Assembly (NCBI GenBank): GCA_002292025.1
Contig: DBBC01000108.1
Coordinates: 1-34,617 of the forward strand
Length of the DNA stretch: 34,617 bases
Direction of reading: 5' to 3'
From: Firmicutes bacterium UBA994
GTDB taxonomy: Bacteria > Bacillota > UBA994
The position numbers and the translations under genes are program-made. Below, piece by piece: positions 24,931-34,487 of the stretch; position 1 is the stretch's first letter; every line of letters begins with the position of its first letter. Under the pieces are notes generated by a model. The model had not been told where the DNA came from. It saw nothing but the letters and a program-made list of their open reading frames with translations, and ran no database searches.

Positions 24931-24971
24931 CGTCTTCGTGCCCCTTAGTGTTCTTCGTGGATCATGCCGTG
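24931..24971 (-). repeat. phased-heptamer element copy (minus sense: CACGGCATGATC-CACGAAG-AA-CACTAAG-GGG-CACGAAG)
   Basis: Plus-strand heptamers CTTCGTG at 24934-24940, CTTAGTG at 24944-24950 and CTTCGTG at 24953-24959, then GATCATGCCGTG. Spacing is 9/10 nt. Lies ~85 nt upstream of the yhaM-like start. Confidence 0.7.
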
Positions 24972-25000
24972 CTCTGCCCAAGCCGAGTAGTCACTCAGCG

Positions 25001-26179
25001 TTATTGAATTACTCCCATCTCTTTACCGACGGTCGCAAAGGCATCGAGGGCAAAGTCGAGGTCCTCCCTACTGTGCGCGGCTGAAATCATAGCCCTAATT
25101 CTGGCTTTACCCTTAGCTACCGTGGGGAAACCAATCTTGGTGGCGAACAGGCCCCTTTGGAACAAGCGGCGGCTCATTTCCCCTGCCACCTCTGCTTCGC
25201 CCAGCATCACCGGCGTTATAGGTGTCTCGCTGCCTCCAATGTCAAACCCGAGATTGCTCATGCCTTTTTTAAAGTAACGGGCATTGCTCCACAGCCGTTC
25301 TACAGACTCGCCGCTTGCCGTCAGGATTTCAATGGCCTTGGCCGTAGCTGCCACATCAGGCGGAGTAAGCGCAGAGCTAAACAGGAAGGGGCGCGCGCGC
25401 TGCTTGAGATATTCAATCAGTTTCGCGCTCCCGGCGGCAAAGCCCCCGATCGTGCCAATGGCCTTGGAGAAAGTGCCTACTTCTACGTCTACTTGCCCAT
25501 GCAAATGGAAGTGGTCAACAATACCGCGTCCGTTCTCTCCCAGCACCCCTTCGCCGTGGGCATCGTCGACCATAGTCATGGCACCGTAGCGTTTAGCCAC
25601 GGCCACGATCTGCGGCAATTTTGCTATATCTCCATCCATGCTGAAGACGCCATCCGTGATGACGAGCACTCGCCCTGCGTTACCTTGCTTAAGCACTGCC
25701 TCCAGCGAGTCTGGGTCGTTGTGCTTGTAGACTTTAATCTCAGCCCGACTCAAGCGTGCGCCATCAATAATGCTGGCGTGGTTCAGCTCGTCGGATACGA
25801 TGGTGTCTTCCTTGCTTACCAAAGCAGGAATCACAGCGAGGTTGGCCATAAAGCCCGACTGCAAGGTAAGCGCCGCCTCGACGCGCTTGAACTTGGCTAC
25901 TTGCCGGTCAAGGTCAGCATGAAGGCTCATAGTCCCGGCAATACTCCGCACGGCAGCGGGACCGACGCCAAATTCGGCAATCGCTGAGGCGGCAGCTTGA
26001 CAAAGCCGGGGGTCATTAGCAAGGTTTAGGTAGTTGTTGGAGCATAGATTGAGCTTCCTCTCCCCGCCAATGACAATCCACGCGCCCTGCGCACTATCGA
26101 TAACCTTGATATCATTGTAAAGCCCGCTGCCCTTAAGCTCCTGCAGGATTTCGTCAATGAAGTTGAGTCTTTCTGACAT
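25001..26179 (-). CDS. kbl: glycine C-acetyltransferase (2-amino-3-ketobutyrate CoA ligase), alpha-oxoamine synthase family
   Basis: 392 aa. N-terminus LKGSGLY...[11 protein letters not shown]...[10 protein letters not shown] parallels E. coli Kbl. PLP-lysine region GTFSKA. Confidence 0.75.
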   Translation of the reverse strand: MSERLNFIDEILQELKGSGLYNDIKVIDSAQGAWIVIGGERKLNLCSNNYLNLANDPRLCQAAASAIAEFGVGPAAVRSIAGTMSLHADLDRQVAKFKRVEAALTLQSGFMANLAVIPALVSKEDTIVSDELNHASIIDGARLSRAEIKVYKHNDPDSLEAVLKQGNAGRVLVITDGVFSMDGDIAKLPQIVAVAKRYGAMTMVDDAHGEGVLGENGRGIVDHFHLHGQVDVEVGTFSKAIGTIGGFAAGSAKLIEYLKQRARPFLFSSALTPPDVAATAKAIEILTASGESVERLWSNARYFKKGMSNLGFDIGGSETPITPVMLGEAEVAGEMSRRLFQRGLFATKIGFPTVAKGKARIRAMISAAHSREDLDFALDAFATVGKEMGVIQ

Positions 26180-26191
26180 AAGGACCTCCCT

Positions 26192-26566
26192 TTATTTTCT
26201 TTCCTTGCCCGAAAGGTGTTTTGTGTAGATCGTTTCTTTGAGCCCCTCCGAGCGGAGGCTGCGCCAGTCAACCTCCAAGGCGCCGCGACGTGATACAGGG
26301 CCGAACTTAGGCGAAGTTGCCTCCGCCAGAAACGTGAGCACTAAACGGTGCAAGCTCTCGTTGCGCTTTTCGCGGGAGAGATGGCGCGTGACTCTTACAT
26401 CCCCGCCGATTTGTGCAGCCACCGTGCGCTGCACTGCATCCTCAGGGGTCTCGCCTTCTTCCACGTCTCCGCCCGGCAGAGCCCATACTCCTCCGGGGGG
26501 CCTAACCATAAGCACATGATGGCCGTTAAGGATAATAGCTTGAACGTAGATTCTGCGATAATCCAT
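26192..26566 (-). CDS. NUDIX hydrolase
   Basis: 124 aa. Nudix box GGDVEEGETPEDAVQRTVAAQIGG. 12 nt upstream of kbl, so probably co-transcribed. Confidence 0.8.
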   Translation of the reverse strand: MDYRRIYVQAIILNGHHVLMVRPPGGVWALPGGDVEEGETPEDAVQRTVAAQIGGDVRVTRHLSREKRNESLHRLVLTFLAEATSPKFGPVSRRGALEVDWRSLRSEGLKETIYTKHLSGKERK

Positions 26567-26601
26567 GTCCGACTCTCCTTTCCATCATCTTATCTAGCCT
26601 T

Positions 26602-26630
26602 AGCATACCAGAGGGCACTGCGCCGCGCAA
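26602..26630 (-). promoter_or_regulatory. candidate promoter for NUDIX-kbl (-35 TTGCGC, 17 nt, -10 TATGCT)
   Basis: Minus-strand read: TTGCGC (26625-26630) and TATGCT (26602-26607). Confidence 0.35.
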
Positions 26631-26677
26631 CGAGCTAACTCGCCTTTGACGATATCTTAAAGGTCTGAGACAAGCAC

Positions 26678-26706
26678 TTGAACATTGCGCGTCATAGGTT
26701 TAATAT
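26678..26706 (+). promoter_or_regulatory. candidate promoter for decarboxylase gene (-35 TTGAAC, 17 nt, -10 TAATAT)
   Basis: TTGAAC at 26678-26683 and TAATAT at 26701-26706, ~55 nt upstream of the TTG start. Confidence 0.5.
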
Positions 26707-26759
26707 ATCGTTGTATGCCTGCGCCATATCGCACCCATAATACGAAGGAGGCTCTCGCG

Positions 26760-28247
26760 TTGAAGCACAAGAAGGACACCGCGCATATTGCACTTGGGCG
26801 CAGGCAGAGCCGCACGCCGCTTTACGACGCTTTGCGCAACTATGTACGCGAAGGCACACTCTCCTTCCATGTCCCCGGCCATAAGCATGGCAAGGGGCTG
26901 CCGGAGTTTACGCGCTTTGTGGGCAAGAACGTTATGAACATAGATCTTACGATTATGCCGGACCTTGACAGTATCTACAAGCCTCACGGGCCGATCAAAG
27001 CGGCACAGGATTTAGCCGCCGAGGCTTTTGCGTCCGATTACGCGCATTTCCTTAGCAACGGCACGACTGCGGGCATTCACTGTATGCTGATGTCCACATT
27101 GCGCCCCGGCGATAAGTTTATCGTGCCGCGTAATGCCCATAAATCAGTCATTTCCGCGATGATACTAACCGGGGCCGAACCTGTCTACATCCAACCGTAC
27201 GTAGACAATTACCTCGGCGTAGCCATGGCTATCACCGCCGATGAAGTGCGCCAAGCCTTGCGCCAGCAATCCGATGCCAAGGCTATTTTCGTCATCAATA
27301 CCACTTTTTATGGCATGGCGCCGGAGCTGGAACGCATTGTGGAAATTGCTGAGGATTACGAGATTCCGGTTCTGGTTGACGAAGCGCATGGGGCACATCT
27401 TAAGTTTCATCCCAGTCTTCCTCTGTCAGCGATGGAAGCTAAGGCCGACATGGCTGCGCTGAGTACGCACAAGCTGCTAGGGTCCATGACACAAAGTTCA
27501 CTGCTGCTGACCCGCGGCGAGTTAGTCGACCCGCAGTTCACTAAGACCACCCTGAATTTAACGCAGACTACGAGCCCAAGTTACCCGCTTTTGGCCTCAC
27601 TAGATCTCGCGCGCAAACAGGTTTTCTTCCGCGGGCAAGAGATGCTGACACACGCCATCAACCTTGCTAACTGGGCGCGCTACGAGATTAATAACAGCAT
27701 CCCCGGCCTATATGTCTACGGCAATGACATGGTGGGACAACCCGGTTGCTACGAGTATGATCCGACCAAGCTCGTCGTCAACGTGCGTGCCTTAGGTATT
27801 TCAGGCTTCGACATGGAACGCCTTCTCCGGCAAGGGTTCCATATTCAAGTAGACCTCTCTGATTTATACAACGTACTGTGCGTGGTGAGCATTGCTGACA
27901 CCAAAGAAAACGTGCGCACTTTAGTACATGCGCTAAGCGAAATCGCGCGCAAATTCACAGTGCAAGACGTGCGCGAACAACCCATTGAGCTGCCGCCGCT
28001 TCCGGCACTAGCCTATTTGCCGCGTGAGGCCTTTTATGCGGAGTCCAAGCGTGTACCCTTAGAACAGGCCAAGGGCAAAATCGTGGCCGAGATGTTGATG
28101 GCCTATCCGCCCGGCATCCCCCTTATCTGTCCGGGTGAAATTCTGACACAAGAAATTATTGACTACGTACGCATGCTAGAAGAAGCAGACGCACAGATCT
28201 ACGGCACGGAGGACCCCAGTGCCGAGTACATTAAGATCGTACGTTAA
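26760..28247 (+). CDS. speA: Orn/Lys/Arg decarboxylase family PLP enzyme, Bacillus SpeA-like arginine decarboxylase
   Basis: TPLYDAL...FHVPGHKHGKG, PRNAHKS, VDEAHGAH and STHKLLGSMTQSS (PLP Lys) are collinear with B. subtilis SpeA. Start placed at TTG 26760 (GAAGGAGG 8 nt upstream). The track start at 26685 lacks an SD. Confidence 0.75.
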   Translation: MKHKKDTAHIALGRRQSRTPLYDALRNYVREGTLSFHVPGHKHGKGLPEFTRFVGKNVMNIDLTIMPDLDSIYKPHGPIKAAQDLAAEAFASDYAHFLSNGTTAGIHCMLMSTLRPGDKFIVPRNAHKSVISAMILTGAEPVYIQPYVDNYLGVAMAITADEVRQALRQQSDAKAIFVINTTFYGMAPELERIVEIAEDYEIPVLVDEAHGAHLKFHPSLPLSAMEAKADMAALSTHKLLGSMTQSSLLLTRGELVDPQFTKTTLNLTQTTSPSYPLLASLDLARKQVFFRGQEMLTHAINLANWARYEINNSIPGLYVYGNDMVGQPGCYEYDPTKLVVNVRALGISGFDMERLLRQGFHIQVDLSDLYNVLCVVSIADTKENVRTLVHALSEIARKFTVQDVREQPIELPPLPALAYLPREAFYAESKRVPLEQAKGKIVAEMLMAYPPGIPLICPGEILTQEIIDYVRMLEEADAQIYGTEDPSAEYIKIVR

Positions 28248-29101
28248 GGCATACAAGCCTCATGCGCCAAGGCGTTGACAAAGCGCTTGAGGCTGATTTT
28301 GCCGCCATACGGCCCATTATTTTCCACACGGCGCATCTCGCACCGCACTTCGGCAAAATCGAAGAAGGTAGCGGCATATTTCTCAAAGCGAGGGTGGGCG
28401 TAGTCCTCAAGCCCTAGAGCGACTAAATGACGTAAAGCCGACTGCACGGCACGGCGCATGCGTTGTTCAGCCGCTTTTTGCGCCGTGAGGCTATCCCCCG
28501 CAATATGCAAAAGCAAATCTTTCACGGATACAGCGTCCCTACTCTGGCCGCAAACAATAAATAGCGCCGCATCCTCTAAATCACGCGCGCCCGCCTCGCC
28601 GCCAATACCTAAGTCGCGCAACAAAGTCCTTATGCGCAGCGTCGTCTTATCGGTCAAAGTGGAGGGCTCTGGGGTGGTCGAGACACCGATCTCGGCCACA
28701 GAGCGGTAGATATTGCTCACAGTTCGCTTGAGGGCCAAGGTTTCACACACTTTCGCTAAGACGGCGCGTACTTCGCGACTATTGATGGGTTTATGAATAA
28801 AGAAGTCAATCCCCGCTTCGTAGGCCGCCTCTACCATCACCTTAGCCTGTACCTGCGAAATCATCACATAAGATGCCGGCAAAGTCCCGGACAACAGACG
28901 CACCAGTTCAATGCCATCCATATCGGGCAGCAGCAAGTCAACCAAGACAACATCGACGGCGGTGGCGAGCATTGCCTGCCTTGCCTCGTTCCCACAACTG
29001 GCGGAACCGATCAACGTACCTAGCCCACTGTCTTGAATCACCTCTTGCAGCATCCGCCTGACGGCAATGTCATCGTCCACCACAAAAAAACGGTACTGCA
29101 C
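28244..29101 (-). CDS. glnL: response regulator, REC + YcbB-type output domain (GlnL-like)
   Basis: REC domain (FVVDDD...DLLLPDMDG...MISQVQAKVMVEAAYEAGIDFFIHKPIN) and a C-terminal PRFEKYAATFFDF region resembling B. subtilis GlnL/YcbB. Confidence 0.65.
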   Translation of the reverse strand: MQYRFFVVDDDIAVRRMLQEVIQDSGLGTLIGSASCGNEARQAMLATAVDVVLVDLLLPDMDGIELVRLLSGTLPASYVMISQVQAKVMVEAAYEAGIDFFIHKPINSREVRAVLAKVCETLALKRTVSNIYRSVAEIGVSTTPEPSTLTDKTTLRIRTLLRDLGIGGEAGARDLEDAALFIVCGQSRDAVSVKDLLLHIAGDSLTAQKAAEQRMRRAVQSALRHLVALGLEDYAHPRFEKYAATFFDFAEVRCEMRRVENNGPYGGKISLKRFVNALAHEACMP

Positions 29102-29102
29102 G

Positions 29103-30359
29103 CTATTCCCCCCTTGGCAGCGGCATTCGCACGATAAACGTACTGCCCTTCGTCGGCTCGCTCTGCACCGTAATTTCCCCCGCCAGACTTTCAGCTATGG
29201 CCTTGACCTGAGCTAAACCTAAGCCCGTAGAAGCCTGCCCGGTGCCGGGGTTGTACTTCGTGGTGTAGCCCGGTTCAAAAATTATTCCTAGGTCTTCCCT
29301 CCTGATACCTATGCCGGTGTCCCGCACTTCAATATACAGGTGCTCTTCGCGGAGCCGGACATCCAGCCATACCGCGCCTGCTTGCGGTATGGCCTCGACG
29401 GCATTGCTCATCAGGTTGTTAATGATGGCCAGAATGCGGTGATACGCTGCCACTTCTGCCCGTCCCTCGATGGAAGAGTAAACTGCAACGGTTTTACCTT
29501 GCTCACTGGCTAATGCTTGGTTTGCTTTTACCGCTACTTCCACTAGTGTATGCAAAGCGAGGTGTTCTCCGTGGCTTTCTCTAACGACCACATGACGAAG
29601 CCGAGCCGCGAGACGCGCAAAATCTTTCTTAGCGTCGTGAACCTCCCTAGCCACCGCTAGGGCGGCTTCGGCTTCATCCGGTCCTGTCGTTTTTAACCGC
29701 TTGTACAGCTGATGACTTTGCACCGTCACAGATTCTACCTGTGCCAGTGTATTATCAAGATAGAGCAGCTCCCCGGCTACATCCGAAGTCAAAAGCAACA
29801 AGCGCCGAAACTCGCGCTCCTTTTGCTCCTGCTTTATAATTGTCTCACGCTGCTGCCAAGCCGTGTAGGCCAGCCCGGTCAAGGCTCCTCTCACTAAGGC
29901 CACCAGCCCCAAGAGATAAATCATCGGCAGAACGTCCCTGCTCGCAAAGTCCCCCCGGACTAATAGCTCGCCGATATTTGCACCCATGTCGAGAAAAGCT
30001 AAGCCAAAGACTATGTCCGCTCCCCCGCTGTTTAGCCCCCGGCGCCAGAGCGCCAACCCCGCACCCAGCAAGAGATAGAAAACGCCTGCCGCGTAATGCT
30101 GGCCTAGCCCCTGAAGAAACGGCACTTCCGCCAACAAGAAGCCTGCCCCCGCGCGGAACACGGTAACTGATACACCTGTGGTGAACCCGGCCAGCGAGCG
30201 GTTCAGCCGTTCATGCACCAAGAGATAAAAGCAAAACACACTCACCGCCAGGCTAAACCTAAACCCGGTGCCAAAGGGAAAAAAACTAAAGTTACTCACA
30301 AAAATAGTGAGCAGTGCGAGATAGGTGAGTGACTTAATGTCCTGCCATAGTTTCCACAC
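29103..30359 (-). CDS. glnK: sensor histidine kinase with multi-TM N-terminal sensor (GlnK/YcbA-like)
   Basis: About 5-6 N-terminal TMs, an H-box-like REVHDAKKDF, and HATPase_c motifs (NLMSNAVEA, DTGIGI, GLGLAQV). GTG start at 30359. Its stop lies 1 nt from the regulator's start. Confidence 0.65.
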   Translation of the reverse strand: MWKLWQDIKSLTYLALLTIFVSNFSFFPFGTGFRFSLAVSVFCFYLLVHERLNRSLAGFTTGVSVTVFRAGAGFLLAEVPFLQGLGQHYAAGVFYLLLGAGLALWRRGLNSGGADIVFGLAFLDMGANIGELLVRGDFASRDVLPMIYLLGLVALVRGALTGLAYTAWQQRETIIKQEQKEREFRRLLLLTSDVAGELLYLDNTLAQVESVTVQSHQLYKRLKTTGPDEAEAALAVAREVHDAKKDFARLAARLRHVVVRESHGEHLALHTLVEVAVKANQALASEQGKTVAVYSSIEGRAEVAAYHRILAIINNLMSNAVEAIPQAGAVWLDVRLREEHLYIEVRDTGIGIRREDLGIIFEPGYTTKYNPGTGQASTGLGLAQVKAIAESLAGEITVQSEPTKGSTFIVRMPLPRGE

Positions 30360-30374
30360 AAAGCCTGCCTGTCT

Positions 30375-31721
30375 CTAGGCCCCGGAGACAGCCAACGACC
30401 CGATAAACAGCGACGGCGCGCCGATAGCACCCGCCCCGAAATCCAGATCATTGCCGACAGCTTGCACATCCGAGAGCATAGCAAAAAAATTGCCCGCAAT
30501 GGTAATCTGGTTGACGGGGCGAACCACTTGGCCCGCGCTGATTAAATAGCCGTAGGCGGAGAGCGAGAAGTCGCCGGAGACCGGGTTAGCCCCGGCATGT
30601 GTACCTTGGACGCCGGTGACGAGCAGCCCCTCGCCCATTTGTGCCAACAACGCCTGGTAACCAGCTTGACCCGGCACAATATAGAAGTTGCTCGGTGCCA
30701 CCCCCACCGGCGCGTTGTAAGCAGCTTTATGCGCATTGCCGGTCGAAGCTACGCCGTCTTTCTTAGCTGTTTTTTGGTTATGCAACAAGGTTTTCAGCAC
30801 GCCTGCTTCTACTACTGCTTTCTTGCGCGTCGGGAAGCCCTCCGCATCAAAGGGAGCGGCAGCGGGGCGTTCCGCCAGCAACGGGTCATCCATGATGGTA
30901 ATGACTTCGCTCATAATGCGTTCACCCACTTTGCCTTTGAGCAGCGACATCCCTTTTTGCGCGGCATCAGCCGAAAAAGGCGAAGCAAACGTCGCCAACA
31001 TCGCCCGTGCCACGTCTTTGCGCAGCACCACGGGGTAGCGGCCGGATGCCACAGGTTCCGCCCCTAGGAGGGACAGTGCTTCTTCTACGGCTTCCCCAGC
31101 CATTTTCGCCGCGTCAAGGCACGAAAAATCACGGCTCGCCGCAAAGGCGAAGGCTTGTTTGGTGTCTGCGCCCGCTTTAACCACCGCTGAAATGTACCCA
31201 GCGGCAAAATTATCGCAATGTGACAAGGTCAAGCCATGCGAGTTCATAAGCAGCGTCTCGCCGGAATTGTCACCTACACTTACTTGCGCTGTAAAAACAC
31301 GGTTATCTAGTGCGTAGGCCTCTCCTTCCACTGCTTTGACCCAAGCGATTTTTTCTGCGGCGGGGACTTCCGCCAGAGACTGATTAAAAGCATCTAGGCG
31401 GGCATAGTCTTCCGGCGCGGCACCTACAAAAATCTCGTCCCCCTCCTCACCGTCCATAATGGCCGCATTCTCCATCGCGTCCTTAAGCAGAGCCTCCATG
31501 CCCTCGGCCGCCAAGTTCTCGGTAAAGGAGTATCCCATCTTGCCGCCAATCATCCCGCGAAACATCAAACCGCGTGATTGGGCTAGGGTGTAGCTGTCAA
31601 TTTCTTGCTTAAATATGCCTACACGAAACTGATTGCGGGAGGAGACATAGACCTCCATGTCCAAAAACCCCATTCCCTCGCCACGCGCGAACAGCTCGCG
31701 CGCCAAGCCTTGTATATCCAC
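30375..31721 (-). CDS. pmbA: TldD/PmbA-family protein, PmbA-type (no HExxxH)
   Basis: 448 aa. PmbA_TldD fold motifs (GxxGYSFTENL, C-terminal GNFF..L). Directly abuts the tldD stop. Confidence 0.75.
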   Translation of the reverse strand: MDIQGLARELFARGEGMGFLDMEVYVSSRNQFRVGIFKQEIDSYTLAQSRGLMFRGMIGGKMGYSFTENLAAEGMEALLKDAMENAAIMDGEEGDEIFVGAAPEDYARLDAFNQSLAEVPAAEKIAWVKAVEGEAYALDNRVFTAQVSVGDNSGETLLMNSHGLTLSHCDNFAAGYISAVVKAGADTKQAFAFAASRDFSCLDAAKMAGEAVEEALSLLGAEPVASGRYPVVLRKDVARAMLATFASPFSADAAQKGMSLLKGKVGERIMSEVITIMDDPLLAERPAAAPFDAEGFPTRKKAVVEAGVLKTLLHNQKTAKKDGVASTGNAHKAAYNAPVGVAPSNFYIVPGQAGYQALLAQMGEGLLVTGVQGTHAGANPVSGDFSLSAYGYLISAGQVVRPVNQITIAGNFFAMLSDVQAVGNDLDFGAGAIGAPSLFIGSLAVSGA

Positions 31722-33113
31722 TTATTTATCCCCCTTTCGTCCACCCACGGTAATCTCGGAAACTCTAATCGTAGGCTGACCTACGTCCGCCGGAACACTG
31801 CCGCTCAGTGAGCCGCACATGCCCTGTCCGCAGAGCAGATTGTTGGCGACCATATCGATACGCGTCAATATTTCTGCTCCCTTGCCGATCAAGCTAGCCC
31901 CGCGTACCGGCTCCATAACTTTACCATTACGTACTATGTAGGCTTCGTTTACGGCAAAATTAAACTCCCCCGTCGCGGTGTTGACCGACCCCCCACCCAT
32001 ATAGCGGGCCAACAACCCGTACTCTGTGTTGGCGATAATTTCCTCTTTGGTGTAGGGACCAGCCAAGATAAAGGTGTTGGTCATACGCGAGGTCGGGGCA
32101 AACTTATAGGACTGGCGACGGGAACTGCCGGTAGCTTTCGCTTGCATGCGTCTTCCGTTTAGCATATCAATAAGATATCCCTTGAGAATGCCGTTCTCAA
32201 TCAGCAGGTTGCGCTGGGTGGGATGCCCCTCGTCATCCACGTTCAGGCTGCCCCACGCATTAGGAATCGTGCCGTCATCCACCGCGCTCACGCAGTCCGC
32301 CGCAATCTTCTCCCCTAGTTTATCGGCAAACACAGAGGTCTTCTTGGCCACGGATGTAGCTTCTAGGCTATGCCCGCACGCCTCGTGAAAGATCACGCCG
32401 CCAAACCCATTGTCGATAATCACCGGCATGCGGCCGCTAGGCGCATAGTCGGCGTGAATCATAGTGCTGGCCATGCGTGCCGCCTCCCGCGCATAGGTGT
32501 CGATATCGATCTTGTCGTAGAAATCAAAGCCCATATGAGCTCCCGGCGCCAGCATGCCGGATTGCTTTTCGGCGCCCTTGGAAGCAATCGCCGTAATACC
32601 CGTGCGCGTGCGCACACGGCGATCCTCGACTAGCAGGCCGCCGGAATTAGCGATCTGCACATGCTGATCTTCGTCAAAGTAGCGCACCGAGACCTGCGAA
32701 ATAATGGGGTCGTACTCCTTGGCCGCCTGATAAGCTCCGGTCATCAAGGCTACCTTGCGCTGCTTATCAATGGTGTGTGGCAGGGCGCGGACCAGATTTA
32801 CTTGCGGGATACCAGCCTTAATCAAGTTTATGCGACGCTCTCCGTTTACCCCCGGCAGCGCCTCCGCCGCCTCTTTCGCCACTCGCAAAAGACCCTCGCG
32901 GGTGTCATCGTTGGTGTAGGCGTAGACGCAGTTTGTACCCTGCATGATTCGTATGCCTATCCCGTATTCCCGCCCCGATACACTGCTGTCCACCCTCCCC
33001 CCGACCATAGATAAAGTGTTACTCATGCGGTCTTCCACAAAGACCTCCGCGAAATCGCCCCCCGTGCCAAGGGCCGCCGCAATGCAATCTTCCAGCAAGG
33101 CTTTTGTTAGCAT
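31722..33113 (-). CDS. tldD: TldD metalloprotease
   Basis: 463 aa. GDFAEVFVE N-terminus, zinc motif HEACGHSLE, GGSVNTATGEFNF. AAGGAGGAA SD. Confidence 0.85.
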   Translation of the reverse strand: MLTKALLEDCIAAALGTGGDFAEVFVEDRMSNTLSMVGGRVDSSVSGREYGIGIRIMQGTNCVYAYTNDDTREGLLRVAKEAAEALPGVNGERRINLIKAGIPQVNLVRALPHTIDKQRKVALMTGAYQAAKEYDPIISQVSVRYFDEDQHVQIANSGGLLVEDRRVRTRTGITAIASKGAEKQSGMLAPGAHMGFDFYDKIDIDTYAREAARMASTMIHADYAPSGRMPVIIDNGFGGVIFHEACGHSLEATSVAKKTSVFADKLGEKIAADCVSAVDDGTIPNAWGSLNVDDEGHPTQRNLLIENGILKGYLIDMLNGRRMQAKATGSSRRQSYKFAPTSRMTNTFILAGPYTKEEIIANTEYGLLARYMGGGSVNTATGEFNFAVNEAYIVRNGKVMEPVRGASLIGKGAEILTRIDMVANNLLCGQGMCGSLSGSVPADVGQPTIRVSEITVGGRKGDK

Positions 33114-33152
33114 AGTGTTATTCCTCCTTTTGTGATCAGCGTTTCTTCGCTC

Positions 33153-34421
33153 TCAGAACTGAGGCAGATGGCGCCGCTGTGCCTCCATCAGGTCAGCCAC
33201 CAATAGCTGTGCCGTCTGGTGAGTTGGTACCAAGGGGTGCAGGCGCATGGCTTCGATTGCTAATTGACGGTCTCCTTTTACCGCTGCTGCCACATTCAAG
33301 GCTTCGGCTCGCTCTACGCGCATGATAAGTTCTTTAAGACCGTCGTCAAGTTCCCCGGATGCCGGCAGTAAGCGTGCCCCTTTGCTGCTTACGTGACTAG
33401 GCACTTCCACAATAGCCTCTGCGGGCAGCCAGTTTATCAGTCCCTCATTGCGCCCGTTCACCACAATACGGTCTTGCCGCTCGGCCTGCATGGCGGCAAT
33501 GATTTGCACCGCTAAGTCTCCATGCCCGGCCATACCGCGCCGCAGGCGTAAACGCGGGGAAGACTGTTCTGCTTGCTCGCGGTAATGATTGTAGATCGCT
33601 GGCAGCTGTAATATAAGCTGTTGTGCTCGCGTCCGTTGCATCTTTTGCTGCTCGCGCAAAATTTCGCGTGTAAAGTAATAGTACAAAAGATAGGGCGAAG
33701 GCAGCGCCTTCAGCTGCTTCGTCAGGTGCGCCACGCGTCCGACAAAACCGGGGACAAGCCTTAATGCTCCACTCAGCACAAGCAACCTAGGCAACAACTC
33801 GCGATCTTGGCAACGCACTGCCGTTACCGCGCCGCAATGGTTAATCCCTATATTATCTAAGGCTAAGTGTTTGTGGCTTATCCTCAACAGCTGCCCCAAC
33901 ACGATTTGTATCCCTAAGAGCTCGTCGCAAATCGCAGTGATCTTGCTAAAGCCGCTGTCCAGCACGGCACGCGCCACTTGCCCGGTGGGGTTTGCGTAAT
34001 TTATGAGGTGCGCCTTGGGGCACAGACTCCGCATACGCCGTGTCAGGTCTAGCATGAATGGTATTGAACGCCAAGCGAAAGACAGGCCGCCCGGGCCTGT
34101 AGTTTCCTGCCCGATACAGCCGAGCCGACGCGGTATGATTTCATCAAGCGCACGGGCCTCTAGACCCCCGATCCGCACTTGGCATAACACGTAATCAGCG
34201 CCGGTCAATGCCTCGTCCAGCACAGCAGTGTCGGTTATGGTGTACTGCGATCCTTGCGCCTCTACCATGCGCCGCGAGAGCGCGGCGATGACTGCTAAGT
34301 TCTCGCGGTCGATGTCCATCAGGCAGACCTCGGCTCCCCCAAGGACCGCTTTCTCTGCGAACAAACCCTCAATGATACCGGGGGTAAACGCGCTGGCCCC
34401 ACCGATCACTGCGATCTTCAA
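33153..34421 (-). CDS. glycoside hydrolase family 4 (NAD/Mn-dependent (phospho)glycosidase-like)
   Basis: LKIAVIGGASAFTPG Rossmann start, INYANPTG, AICDE and GINHCG motifs. Start set at TTG 34421 so that the Rossmann strand is N-terminal. The track start at 34499 would run through a leader hairpin. Confidence 0.6.
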   Translation of the reverse strand: MKIAVIGGASAFTPGIIEGLFAEKAVLGGAEVCLMDIDRENLAVIAALSRRMVEAQGSQYTITDTAVLDEALTGADYVLCQVRIGGLEARALDEIIPRRLGCIGQETTGPGGLSFAWRSIPFMLDLTRRMRSLCPKAHLINYANPTGQVARAVLDSGFSKITAICDELLGIQIVLGQLLRISHKHLALDNIGINHCGAVTAVRCQDRELLPRLLVLSGALRLVPGFVGRVAHLTKQLKALPSPYLLYYYFTREILREQQKMQRTRAQQLILQLPAIYNHYREQAEQSSPRLRLRRGMAGHGDLAVQIIAAMQAERQDRIVVNGRNEGLINWLPAEAIVEVPSHVSSKGARLLPASGELDDGLKELIMRVERAEALNVAAAVKGDRQLAIEAMRLHPLVPTHQTAQLLVADLMEAQRRHLPQF

Positions 34422-34426
34422 ACAGA

Positions 34427-34471
34427 AACACCGCCTTCCCTCGCTTACATTCGCGAGGGCTGGGCGGTGTT
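34427..34471 (-). promoter_or_regulatory. leader hairpin (terminator-like, also sequesters the SD) 5 nt upstream of the GH4 start
   Basis: Minus sense: AACACCGCC-CAG-CCCTCGC-GAATGTAA-GCGAGGG-AA-GGCGGTGTT, followed by TCTGTTTG. That is 16 bp in two helices. The SD-like GGCGGTG lies in the 3' arm. Confidence 0.55.
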
Positions 34472-34487
34472 CCTGCAAAGAGTAATC

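Noticed and set aside
24934-24959. Heptamers CACGAAG considered as Spo0A 0A boxes (TGTCGAA)
   Set aside because: Only the CGAA core matches, and the flanking bases differ consistently in all copies. I cannot support that assignment.
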